A stretch of DNA of 64,000 nucleotides from an uncultured Acidobacteriaceae bacterium (GTDB lineage Bacteria > Acidobacteriota > Terriglobia > Terriglobales > Acidobacteriaceae): assembly GCA_963696575.1 (NCBI GenBank), contig CAVOKT010000004.1:399434-463433 (forward strand). Direction: 5' to 3'. The translations under genes and the position numbers were made by a program. Under the pieces are notes generated by a model that made no database searches, had not been told where the DNA came from, and saw only the letters and a program-made list of their open reading frames with translations. Shown one piece after another: positions 33,511 to 43,444 of this stretch. The stretch's first letter is position 1. Each line of letters opens with the position of its first letter.

Positions 33511-34926
33511 CTAGCGATCGGCGCGGAACAGGTTCATCAAATCCGTAACGCTGGTTTGCTTCTCCAGGTTCCAGATGGCATCCATGGCGCGGCGCCGTGC
33601 TGTCGGCGTCATTACAGGCTCGGCCAGTGCTTCGAACTTTTCTTCGACTTCCTTGTCGGTCAGCGGATTGCGCGGATCGCCCTTGGGATAGTCAAGCTGC
33701 TTCGTGAACTCGCGGCCGTCGGTGGTCTGAATCGTGACCACCACGCGCTGCAACGCCGGGAAGACCTTCTCGATTTCCGCATCGGCGACCACCACGATCT
33801 TGTTGAGCTGCGCCCGGATCGTCGGGTCCATGATCTTCTCCATGGTGAACTGCAGCGGCGTCACCTGCCGCTCGGCGATGGCCGCGGCAATCACGTAAGG
33901 CAGCGAGTGGTCGGCCGTCTCCTTGGTGTGCGGATCGTACTTGCTGGCATCGCTCAGGATGTCCGCCCCGCGCGCGGTGGTGCGGATGTGCACCTTGGCG
34001 ACGTCATCGGGCTTCAGGTCGTTGTCTTTGACCAGCGCCAGCGTGGCCGAAATCGGCGTGTGGGTCAGCGCCTCGGTCGGAAACGCTTTCATCCCACATT
34101 GTGTGATACGCCACGACTCGCCCAATCCGTCGGTCAGAATGTTCAGCTTCCACTCCGGCCCAAAGCAGTGGACCAGGCCTTCTTTGCCGTCGATCACGTG
34201 TTCAGGCCCGCTGTAGCCTTTCTCTGCCAACAGCGCCGCCAGCACGCCGCTCTGTGTCGCCAGGGGATCCACGGTGTTCTTCATCATGGTCAGCTTGCCC
34301 GCGGTGACCGCGCCCAGCGTGGCGCGCGCACTGGCGCTGATGCCGATGGCATGCTGCATTTTGCTGCAGTCGAGGTGCAGCATGCGTGCAGCAACGATGG
34401 GCGAGACAAATGCGGTCAGCGTCGCATGGTGCCATCCCCGCTCGCGAATTCCCGGAAACGCCGCCTCGCACAGCCGCATCTCAAACTCATGCCCCAGCAC
34501 CAACCCGACAATCAACTCGCGGCCGTCGCCCCCGGCGCGCTCGCAGCACGCTATCGCCGCCGGAAAGATGTCCGAAGGATGTGACGGGTCCTGCTTCCAG
34601 TAGATGTCGTTGTAGTCCATGCAGCGAATCATCAGCGCGTTGGCCAGGGATGCGGACACCGCATCCATCTGCCTGCCCGTGCCGATTACGGTCGCCTTGC
34701 CTGGACCGGCGATTTCGTCCAGCACTTCCAGCGCAATCACCACATCGTGCTGTTGATAGCCACCCAGCGCGCATCCGATGCTGTCGAGCAGGAAGCGCTT
34801 CGCCTGATACACCGCTTCCGGCGACAGGTCAACAAACTTCAGCCCCGCGGCCCACTGCGACATCGTGGCAGTAATGGTCGGCTTGGCGGCGGCCTTGGCG
34901 GGCGCGGGCATTGTCGTGGTCGTCAT
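33511..34926 (-). CDS. MmgE/PrpD family protein (2-methylcitrate dehydratase-like)
   Basis: Intact 471-aa ORF. Contains FLLDSIGCALGGY, NALMIRCMDYNDIYW..DPSHPSD and a C-terminal alpha/beta PrpD domain. Confidence 0.8.
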   Translation of the reverse strand: MTTTTMPAPAKAAAKPTITATMSQWAAGLKFVDLSPEAVYQAKRFLLDSIGCALGGYQQHDVVIALEVLDEIAGPGKATVIGTGRQMDAVSASLANALMIRCMDYNDIYWKQDPSHPSDIFPAAIACCERAGGDGRELIVGLVLGHEFEMRLCEAAFPGIRERGWHHATLTAFVSPIVAARMLHLDCSKMQHAIGISASARATLGAVTAGKLTMMKNTVDPLATQSGVLAALLAEKGYSGPEHVIDGKEGLVHCFGPEWKLNILTDGLGESWRITQCGMKAFPTEALTHTPISATLALVKDNDLKPDDVAKVHIRTTARGADILSDASKYDPHTKETADHSLPYVIAAAIAERQVTPLQFTMEKIMDPTIRAQLNKIVVVADAEIEKVFPALQRVVVTIQTTDGREFTKQLDYPKGDPRNPLTDKEVEEKFEALAEPVMTPTARRRAMDAIWNLEKQTSVTDLMNLFRADR

Positions 34927-34950
34927 ACGAATCTTCTCCTTAACTACAGA

Positions 34951-35493
34951 TTACTTGCCCAGATTCTTGAATGGCAAGAACGCCATGAAGTCGGCGTGAT
35001 GCACGATGTACGCCTCGGTCGTGCGCTTCACCAGGTCGCCTTCAGCGGCATGGGCCGCAATGATGTGGCATACAGCGTCGGGAACGCCACATTCCATCGC
35101 CAGCGCAACGCCGGTAAACGGATGGCGCAGCATTTCTCCGCGCTTGCTCTGTCGAGTCTTGCCTTCGGCATTCTCGTATTCCAGCAGCTTGCCGACATCC
35201 GCGAGGATCGCGCCTGCAATCACGGTGTCGTGATCAATGGGCAGTGCGTTGCCCATGAACTCCGTCATGCTCTCGGCCGCCTTGCGCGCGATATGCACCA
35301 CGCAGCGCTTGTGCTCCATGAAAGTCGTCGGGCAGTTGCGGACCAGCAGCGTGAACGGAATGCGGTTCAGGTCGTCTGGAGTCAGCGGACTGCGCTCGAG
35401 CGCTTTTTCCCAAGTCTTCGTTACTTGCTCACGCAGCCCGGGATCTTTGATCCAGTCGATCTCGGGCCACAATTTAAGCACTGCATCGCGCAT
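34951..35493 (-). CDS. HD-domain protein
   Basis: 180 aa. The His...HD...D pattern (VVHIARKA ... IDHDTVIAGAILADVGK ... IIAAHAAEGD) is present. It is the first gene of the 27.3-35.5 kb operon. Confidence 0.7.
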   Translation of the reverse strand: MRDAVLKLWPEIDWIKDPGLREQVTKTWEKALERSPLTPDDLNRIPFTLLVRNCPTTFMEHKRCVVHIARKAAESMTEFMGNALPIDHDTVIAGAILADVGKLLEYENAEGKTRQSKRGEMLRHPFTGVALAMECGVPDAVCHIIAAHAAEGDLVKRTTEAYIVHHADFMAFLPFKNLGK

Positions 35494-35592
35494 TCTTCCC
35501 CTCCGACGCTCAACTGCGGGGCGTTCCGGCCTTCTGCATTACAGGCCGAAATTCCTAGCTATCCTGCAAAACGAATATTCGTATCACTTACG

Positions 35593-38146
35593 TCAGAAGG
35601 GGGCTATGAGGCGCGTCACAAAGTCCAGGTGATGTTTTCCAACTGGTTGGTAATTTCTTCGGCGGGAGTTTCGGGCGGAGAAGCGTAAAGGCTTGCCAAT
35701 CATTACTTTAAGCTCGCCGCGACGGGCAATCTTGCGGCCTGAAAGTTTCAAGTCAAAGAGGCCATCAATGCGCAGGGGCACCACCGGAATATCGAGCCTT
35801 CTGGGCCAGCATGCCAACGCCCGAGCGAAATGGCGACGGTCTGCCGTCTGTCCGTGCGGCGGCCTTCGGGGAAGACGACCACGCTGTAGCCGCGATCCAC
35901 CGACTCGCCGGCGAAGGCGAAGCTCTCGCGCACACCCGACTGCTGTGGCAAGGGAAACACGTTGAACAGCGCCACCACGAGGTAGTAGCCAGCCTGCTGC
36001 CACCAGCGTGCGAACACATTCATGCCTGCCGGAGGACGCCACATCCCCCAAAGGCGCTCACCCAACATGCCCACTGCGAGTTTGTTGCGAATTCGCGGCG
36101 GCATCGCAATCAGCACGAATCCCACATCAATGTAGGTGACGTGATTGCATGTAATCAGGACCGGCCCTTCGATACCTTCAAGATTTTCGCGGCCCACAAT
36201 TCTGGGATGCGCCATGATCAGCGTTGCCGGCAGCGACAGCAGGTAGTAGAAGAAGTTGCGAATCCATCGTAACCGGCCAGCGCTGCGCCCAGCGGGGATA
36301 GTGATACCCGCTTTGCTGGGCGCGCTGCGGCTCATGCAGCATTCGCTCCAACTCGCCCACGGTGCTGATTTGCGCGAAATTTGCCTCGCTCAAATCCACC
36401 TGGTAGCGGTCTTCCAGCGCGCTCATGAGCTCTACCCTGTCCATCGAACTCAGGTTCAGGTCGCCTTCCAGCTTGGCGTCGGCTGCGAGTGCGCCGGTGC
36501 TGCGTCCGGTGATCCGGCTGATCAGTTCTCCTACCCCACCGCCTTGTGCGGAACCGCAGCAGCCGCAGAAGACGAAAACCGCTGTTGGACCGCCTGCTGG
36601 ATCACGCCGATCTTCGGCTTCTGCGTCGGAGTGCGGGGAAAGTCCTGCTCCGGCCAAACCAACCAGCGCCGCATTTGCTGGAACTCGGCCAGATGCTGAT
36701 TGGCCCGCGCCACAATCGCTGCCGCATCTGCAGCATCGCGCAGCAAAAGTGCAGCAATCGGTTCCGCGTTTCCGCCGTGCTCCAGACCCACCACGACGCA
36801 ATCGCGCACCTCCGGTTGCTGCCGCAGCACGGCTTCGAGGTCATCGGGATAGATGTTCATCCCTTCGCGGGTGACGATGACGTTCTTCTTGCGGCCCTTG
36901 AAGTAAAGGTTGCCCTCTTCATCGAGCGCGCCCAGGTCGCCGGTGCGAAACCAGCCGTCTTCGTCGAGTACCGGCTTCAATTCTTTGTTCTGCCAATACC
37001 CAGCAGCCACATTCGCGCCGCGCACCAGAATCTCGCCGTTTTCGTCGAGCTTCATCTCGCGACCTTCCATCACCTTGCCGATCGAGCGCTTGCCCGTATG
37101 GAAGGGATGGTTCAACGAAATCAGCGAGGTGGTTTCGGTCAGCCCGTAGCCCTGGATCACAACGAAGCTCAGCCTTCGCCAGAACTCTTCCGTCTCGGCA
37201 TCGAGCGCCGCACCTCCCGAAATGAACGCCCAGAACTTCCAGCCGAACTGGTTGTGGATCTTCCGGAATCGCCACCAGCGCTTCACCAACTTCTCGTCTT
37301 TGGCGGCTTCTAATTGCTGGTGGAACCATGCGGTCTTATCCGCCGCCTCGATGTCTCGCTCCAGCTTTTCTTTCAGCGACTCCATCAAGCCGGGGAACAG
37401 CGACTACTACCGAGACGCGCTCCTTCTTGATGGTGCGAATGACCTCGCTAGGATTCAGCGTGTCCTGGAACAGCACAGTCGCGGCGAGCATTTGGGGCAG
37501 GAAGATCCCCAGAGAACTGACCGAACACGTGGCTGAGCGGCAACAGGTTGAGAAAACGCAGTGGATGAAAGATCCGCTCATACTTCAGATACTTGCCGAT
37601 CTCGCGCTCCAGCGGTTCCAGGTTGGCGAGGATGTTGCCATGGGTGATGACCACGCCTCGCGGTTCCGCAGTGGTTCCGGAGGTGAAGACAATCTCCACG
37701 ATGCCGTCGCGGCCGACATCAGCCGGGATGACAGGCTCGCTTGACACGTCGGCGAGTTGCTCGCGCAATGAATCCAAGTCAAATGCGGCGACGCCCGGAA
37801 TGGTGTTGTGCACGGAGCCAACACATAACTTGGCGTCAACCTGCTGGGCCACTCGCGCGGCGAAGTCCGGGGCCGCAATCTTGTCGATAGGAACAACAAT
37901 CGCTCCGCGCAGCAGGCAGCCGAAGAAGGCAACGATCCACTCCGCGCAATTTTCGCCCCAGATCAGGACCTTGTCGCTTTTGCCGATACCGCGCGACTCG
38001 AGCACTCGCGCGAAGCGGTAGGCGTTCTCCAGCACGTCGCCGTAGCTCCAGCGCTGCATACGATAGCCGCGACGAAAGACATAGGCGGCTTCGGAATTAT
38101 GCAGGCGGAAGTTGTCGAGGTATTCCAGGATGCTGGCGCGGGCCAT
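35593..38146 (-). pseudogene. Tri-domain protein: AMP-dependent acyl ligase + phosphopantetheine carrier domain + PlsC-type (AGPAT) acyltransferase; about 6 frame breaks
   Basis: The ligase domain has IVFTSGTTAEPRGVVITH (ORF 37448..38146) and [39 protein letters not shown] (ORF 36531..37388). The carrier domain is LEGDLNLSSMDRVELMSALE (ORF 36178..36801). The acyltransferase has LITCNHVTYIDV and VVVFPEGRRT (ORF 35748..36335), and PVVPLRIDGLFD (ORF 35593..36051). Breaks are near 37500, 37390, 36560, 36260, 35870 and 35800. Confidence 0.75.
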
Positions 38147-38217
38147 CGTTCAACAGTGTAACTGGGAGGCTGTGGTTGTCACTTTTCGGGCGGATTTGAG
38201 GAGGTGGTCTAGTCAGC

Positions 38218-38591
38218 TATACCACTTAAAAAACTGCTGTTGCACGGTTGTTTAGAATCAACAGCTTAGGGGGAAATTGTTCGTAAGTTATCATTCTAAA
38301 GGAGATATGCGTATCCATGTCTGCGCGTGGGACTTAGCTGGCAAAAACGGCAGTTTCTGCGCAAAAGTTCGACATACATTACATACTTTGCATACAAGCA
38401 GTTCCCATACTTTACATACACGTCATACACATTTTCCGGCGTCTCAAGACGATGTCAAAGAACAAATTCTGCCGCGCTCTGGGCGCGAGATGGGGCAAAG
38501 ACACAAATCCCATGACCCCATGGTTGGTTGTAGATCATGGCAATAGGAACGCGCTAGAAAAAACCGCAAAGGTGGGAAACTAAGGTAACCA
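38218..38591 (+). repeat. Copy 2 of the ~0.4-kb CATAC-array element (inverted relative to 22334..22740)
   Basis: Same conserved blocks as copy 1. Six CATAC units start at 38373, 38382, 38391, 38406, 38415 and 38424 (spacings 9,9,15,9,9). Confidence 0.8.
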
Positions 38592-38599
38592 GATGCTGT

Positions 38600-39130
38600 C
38601 CCAAGATGGGAATTGCGCCAATTGCAGGCTCTGGAGCCGCACGGCTGAAGCCGCGCCCTGATACATAAATATTGGCGCTCCCACATTTGCCAACGTCAGG
38701 CAAATGTGGGCCACCCACGGAATACGAACATCGCCATGTGCCGTCTCTTGACCCGCGATGCGGGCGCCGAGACTCGGCCTTTGATCACAGCTTTCCCAGC
38801 GTTAAAAACGCTGGGCTTTGGTATACCGTCCCTGCCGGGACTGTAGAACTCTGCCGCCCCGATTGCAGGCCCTTGGAACGGCACGGCTAAACGCCGTGCC
38901 TTGATACGTAACTGTCGCCATTATGCTAGCGGCGAAGGTTGTGGAGTGGAGATTACATCGTGGAGAGCCAGAAGCTACAGTTTCGCAATCCCGCGCAATA
39001 CGGTGAAGAGTAAACTCGTGGACAAGCTAGAAGACTAGAACTGAAGCAGCTATCGCCACTATGCTAGCGGCGAAGACTGCGGAGTACAGATCGAATCATG
39101 GAGAAGCAGGAGGTACAGCCTGGAGCTCCC
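38600..39130. repeat. Non-coding stretch packed with palindromes and direct repeats
   Basis: Perfect hairpins at 38680..38710 (12-bp stem) and 38795..38815 (9-bp stem). A ~55-nt unit (A/G)ATTGCAGGC...GCACGGCT(G/A)AA...TGATAC occurs at 38621 and 38862. A ~70-nt unit containing ATGCTAGCGGCGAAG occurs at 38923 and 39061. Confidence 0.75.
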
Positions 39131-39230
39131 ATAATTGCCAATAGAAGGCAATTAGGGGCGACCCTCGGACTCAGCGCGATTAACGCAGGAACAATCCAGC
39201 ACGAAGCACTGCACACACTCACCGGATGGG

Positions 39231-39554
39231 GTGACACAACCCTCAAGCTCTGAAGGATCACCATTGCAGCAACTAAAGACACCAATCGTCGCGGTCGTTC
39301 TAGGGGGCACGCTTATATGCTTTATGCTGCTTGCCGGACTTGGGAAAGCTTCGGCTGCTGACTTGCAACAGAAAAAGGTTTGTTCGGAACTATCTGAGCC
39401 GGGGCACTATCCGGATTATGAGCGCCTACCGGTATTCAAAGTTGAACGTAAGGAGTTTGATGCGTCCAAGCCGCCCAATATTACTCCTTCCGCATCACCA
39501 TCTTACCGAGCGAGATGGCGAAGGCATCAATGGCTCGCTTGGCTTGTAAATTGA
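39231..39554 (+). CDS. Hypothetical protein with one TM helix
   Basis: GTG start. TM segment IVAVVLGGTLICFMLLAGLG. Less GC-rich than the surrounding sequence. No family recognised. May be one gene with the next ORF if an indel is present near 39515-39550. Confidence 0.3.
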   Translation: MTQPSSSEGSPLQQLKTPIVAVVLGGTLICFMLLAGLGKASAADLQQKKVCSELSEPGHYPDYERLPVFKVERKEFDASKPPNITPSASPSYRARWRRHQWLAWLVN

Positions 39555-39844
39555 TTGACGATTTCAGCCAGAATTCCAGTGTTGATGCTTTGGTCTTTGA
39601 CAATGGGCAGGCGGCGAGGAATCTGGCGGTTGGGTTTCCGGAACAGACAAATTATGGCGAGTATCTATGGCACTTGAGAGCTCATTTTCAGTGGAACGTA
39701 AACTCGAAAGAAGGAGAGATGCGGTACGTAATCCCTAACCTAAGAGACAAATTTGGCGGGTGGCGAGGGACTACACTCGCTCCCATGCCCCGCGGGCTCT
39801 ATCGTTTCACAAGATTCCCGTGGGCTGAAGCCCACGGGGAATGA
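39515..39844 (+). CDS. Hypothetical protein
   Basis: 109-aa ORF with no family recognised. Its C-terminus runs into a REP hairpin (GGGCTGAAGCCC). Confidence 0.3.
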   Translation: MAKASMARLACKLIDDFSQNSSVDALVFDNGQAARNLAVGFPEQTNYGEYLWHLRAHFQWNVNSKEGEMRYVIPNLRDKFGGWRGTTLAPMPRGLYRFTRFPWAEAHGE

Positions 39845-39912
39845 CAAAAATAAACGGCTAAAGCGGCACGACTGAAGTCATGCCCTGACGCGGAATTCTT
39901 GTTCAGGCGGGA

Positions 39913-41133
39913 ATGAACCAATCTAAAGCTGTGAGTTGCCTTCGCGATCTGAATTACGCTGATCCTGAAATGTCTTGGGTGGCACTTCGAACAGCGGCTG
40001 CTCTAGCCTGTGCGCTTACGATTAGCATCCTGACAGTGCCCCACGCTCTTCATGCGCAATCGAAGGCGTCACAGGATTTTGCCACACTCACTGCGAAGGC
40101 CAATGCAGCTCGCGATGCCAATCGCCTCGACGAAGCTGCCACTCTCTATCAGCGGGCTCTCGCATTACGGCCAAACTGGGCCGAAGGCTGGTGGTCGCTG
40201 GGAACAATCCAGTACGACACGAACAGCTACGCCGCAGCGGCGAAGAGCTTCCAGAAGCTAGTCACTCTCCAGCCCAAGAACGGCATGGCCCACGCAATGC
40301 TCGGCCTGTGCCAATTCGAGATTGGACTCGACAGCAGCGGTCTGCAGCACCTGGAAGCCGCTACCAACCTTGGCATCTCTCCCGATCCGGAACTGCGCCG
40401 CGTGCTGGTTTATCACGAGGCGGTGCTACTGCAGCGCGGCGGCAAGTTCGAGCGCGCACAGGGCCTTCTTCAGCAACTATGCCTGGAAGGCACTATGAGC
40501 CCAGAGATCGACAGCGCGTTGGGAATGACCCTTCTGCGGATGACGGCAAAGACACCACCGGCCACCGGAACTCCCGATGGCGGCGTCATATCCGGAATCG
40601 GCCATGCCGGATGCCTTGTAGGCCAGAAGAAATACGAAGACGCGAAGACGATTCTCAGTGCCCTCGACACTCAATACCCCGAGTTTCCTAACATTCACTA
40701 CGCTTCTGGTTTGCTACTTCTCGACACTGGCGAGACGCAGGCTGCCGTCGCACAGTTTGAGCAGGAGATTCATAACGACCCGAAGCACGTCCTCGCGCGC
40801 CTTAAGATCGCGGCGGCGGAATACAAGGTGGATTCGCAGGCGGGCATTCCCTATGCTGAGGAGGCGCTCAAGCTCAATCCCCAAGCCTCACTTGGGCACT
40901 ATCTGCTTGGTCTGCTGCTGCTGGACACCGGCAACTACCAGCGCGCCATTCCTGAGCTCGAAGCCGCCAGCGCGTCGTTTCCCAACGAAGCGCGGCTCTA
41001 TTTCGCACTTGGCAGTGCGTACTCCATGGCCGGACGGAAAGATGACGCCGCTCGCGCCCGCGCCACCTTTCAGCGCCTAAGTCAGGAGCAGCAGAAGGCA
41101 AAGTCGGGGGAACAAATTGGACCGGGTAAATAG
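39913..41133 (+). CDS. Secreted tetratricopeptide-repeat protein
   Basis: Signal/TM segment followed by repeated TPR units (AATLYQRALALRPNWAEGWWSLG, AAKSFQKLVTLQPKNGMAHAMLG, and so on). The start may be the internal MSWVAL. Confidence 0.75.
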   Translation: MNQSKAVSCLRDLNYADPEMSWVALRTAAALACALTISILTVPHALHAQSKASQDFATLTAKANAARDANRLDEAATLYQRALALRPNWAEGWWSLGTIQYDTNSYAAAAKSFQKLVTLQPKNGMAHAMLGLCQFEIGLDSSGLQHLEAATNLGISPDPELRRVLVYHEAVLLQRGGKFERAQGLLQQLCLEGTMSPEIDSALGMTLLRMTAKTPPATGTPDGGVISGIGHAGCLVGQKKYEDAKTILSALDTQYPEFPNIHYASGLLLLDTGETQAAVAQFEQEIHNDPKHVLARLKIAAAEYKVDSQAGIPYAEEALKLNPQASLGHYLLGLLLLDTGNYQRAIPELEAASASFPNEARLYFALGSAYSMAGRKDDAARARATFQRLSQEQQKAKSGEQIGPGK

Positions 41134-41159
41134 CAATGCGAGCGTCCAGGATTCTCGGA

Positions 41160-42880
41160 TTACTTGGCTGCCGCTCGAGGTTCTTCGACGGTTAGAATCT
41201 GGTCCGCAGCCACATCATGCAGTGCTTGGCGAATTCCGCTCGGCCAGCGGATTTCGATTTCTTTAATGCGCCCATTCGCGCCGAGTCCGAAGTGCACGCG
41301 GCTATCGCTCGACGATGCGTATCCTGTCGCCGTCGTCACCTCGTTCCATTGCGAGCGATTGTCTGGAGTGACAATGTGAATCTGCGCGCCGATTCCCATG
41401 CGATTGCTTTTCGTTCCAACCAGCTTCAACAAAATCCAGTGATTTGTGGTCGGAGAGACGTTGTGAAACAGCTTCACTGGACCGCCGAGCACGGAAACGA
41501 CAGCGTCGATGCGCCCGTCATTGTCGAGATCGCCAAAAGCCACGCCGCGATGCGCGGCTTTCAGTTGGAAATCCGGTCCGGCTGTTGCGCTGACATCCTC
41601 AAACTTGCCGTTCCCGAGATTGCGAAAGACCGCATTCGGCTCTTCGTAGCGTACGGCTGGGATTCAGCAGAGCTGATGTTGTCCATCACGTTCGATCGCG
41701 CGACGAACAGGTCCTTCCATCCATCGTTGTCGAAGTCGAAGATTCCATTCCCCCATCCCGACATATCGACCGTGGAACGCAGTCCGTCGGCCGCAGACTG
41801 ATCGACGAACGACCCATCTCCCTGATTCATCAGCATAGGAAATGTTTCGTGCTCGACCGCCGTGTACCAGATGTCAGGCAAACCATCATTGTTCACATCG
41901 CGGAAGTCCGAACCCATCCCGGACAGCGCGCCGCCGTCAGGCGCATAGGCAACGCCCGCAGTAACGCCTACCTCCTCGAACTTCTTTCCTTGCAGGTTGT
42001 GAAACAGGAACGCCGGCGTCGTATCGTTCGCGACAAACGCGTCTAGGAATCCGTCTCCGTCGTAGTCGGCGAAGCTGACGCTCATCCCCTTGCCTTCGAG
42101 CTTCGCGATTCCCGTCTCCTCCGACACATCGGTGAATGTGCCGTCGCCATTGTTGCGATACAAAGTGTTGTGCAGCGGCGCATATTGTTTGGGATGACAG
42201 TACGCGCGCACACCGTTTCTTACTGCACAATACGGATCCTTGTTTACCTCCCACTTGCAGTAATTCACCACAAAGAGATCGAGCAGGCCATCGTTGTTGT
42301 AGTCGAACCATCCTGCTCCTACCGACCACATCTTCTTGCCATTGAGTTTGGCGCCCGACAATCCGGCTTTCTCGGTGACATCGGTAAACGTGCCGTCACC
42401 GTTGTTGTGGAAGAGTTGGTTGCCCGTCACATTGGCAATGAAGATGTCTGGACGTCCATCATTGTCGTAATCGCCGACGGCAACGCCCATGCCGTAACCA
42501 GCGCCCGCAAGTCCGGCTTTCTCGGTCACATCGGTAAACGTGCCATCGCGATTGTTGTGGAACAGCCGGTTCCAGTACTTTGGAGAATCCTTCTGCAGCG
42601 ATGGAATTGCAGCACCGTTGACCAGATAGATGTCCAGGTAGCCGTCACCGTCATAATCGAACAAGGCCACGCCGGCCACCATGGTCTCGATCTGGTTCTT
42701 GTTGGGTGTTGGGGAGTTCTCGGTCGTGAAGCGTAACCCGGACTTTGCTGCGATTTCGTCGAAGCGGATACTCGAGGGGAGCGACTGGGCCGATGCGGAC
42801 GAAAGGGTCTGAGCAACTGCTATGCCGGCAAGCAACAAACAACTACACAGCGTTGCTTGTGCAATAAGAATTAATCGCAT
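41160..42880 (-). pseudogene. CRTAC1 family protein (FG-GAP/VCBS repeats + ASPIC/UnbV domain); frame break near 41655
   Basis: Repeated FDYDGDGYLD / GDYDNDGRPD / FDYNNDGLLD / ADYDGDGFLD motifs. The C-terminal NHWILLKLVGTKSNRMGIGAQI...ATGYASSSDSRVHFGLG (UnbV_ASPIC) is in ORF 41160..41543. The alternative frame reads EEPNAVFRNLGNGKFEDVS across the break. Confidence 0.85.
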
Positions 42881-43074
42881 TGCGGTCCTGCTCGAACAGC
42901 CAAGCTCGAATCCCTTCGATCTTATAGCCGATATGACGATGGGACAGAATCGAAGACCCTGGAGAGTCTTGATGCGCTTGGTGAGATTGACTTCCTCGTG
43001 CCCTTAACGGCAACCTTGGGTTTTCGGTATCACCCAAGGTTCACGGATAGTCAAGTCAAACAAAACAATATATC

Positions 43075-43167
<93 letters not shown>

Positions 43168-43444
43168 GCGGCGTGATATCAATAGCTTACTACATGGCTG
43201 TCCGTTCGTCTGCCGGCCACGGGCAGCGACACATTTAGCGCAACCACATACGCTGGAACGCCTCAATCATTATGGTTGACGCGGTCGCCGGCATTTCCTT
43301 CTACACGCGAATTTGCGCCGCGTCTGTATCGCAAGTAACCGCTAAGATCATCCAGTCGCAATCGCAGGACTCGGGGAACAGAAGGAAACGTGACAGCAGT
43401 CTTGTCCCGAGTCGTGAACGCGCACGCTGCCGGAGGCAGCAGGT

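Noticed and set aside
22334-38591. The inverted element pair as the ends of a composite transposon or genomic island.
   Set aside because: There is no transposase, integrase or recombinase anywhere in the window. I could see no direct target duplications, the copies are substantially diverged, and the enclosed genes have the same GC-rich composition as the flanks. The observation is kept only as a low-confidence structural note.
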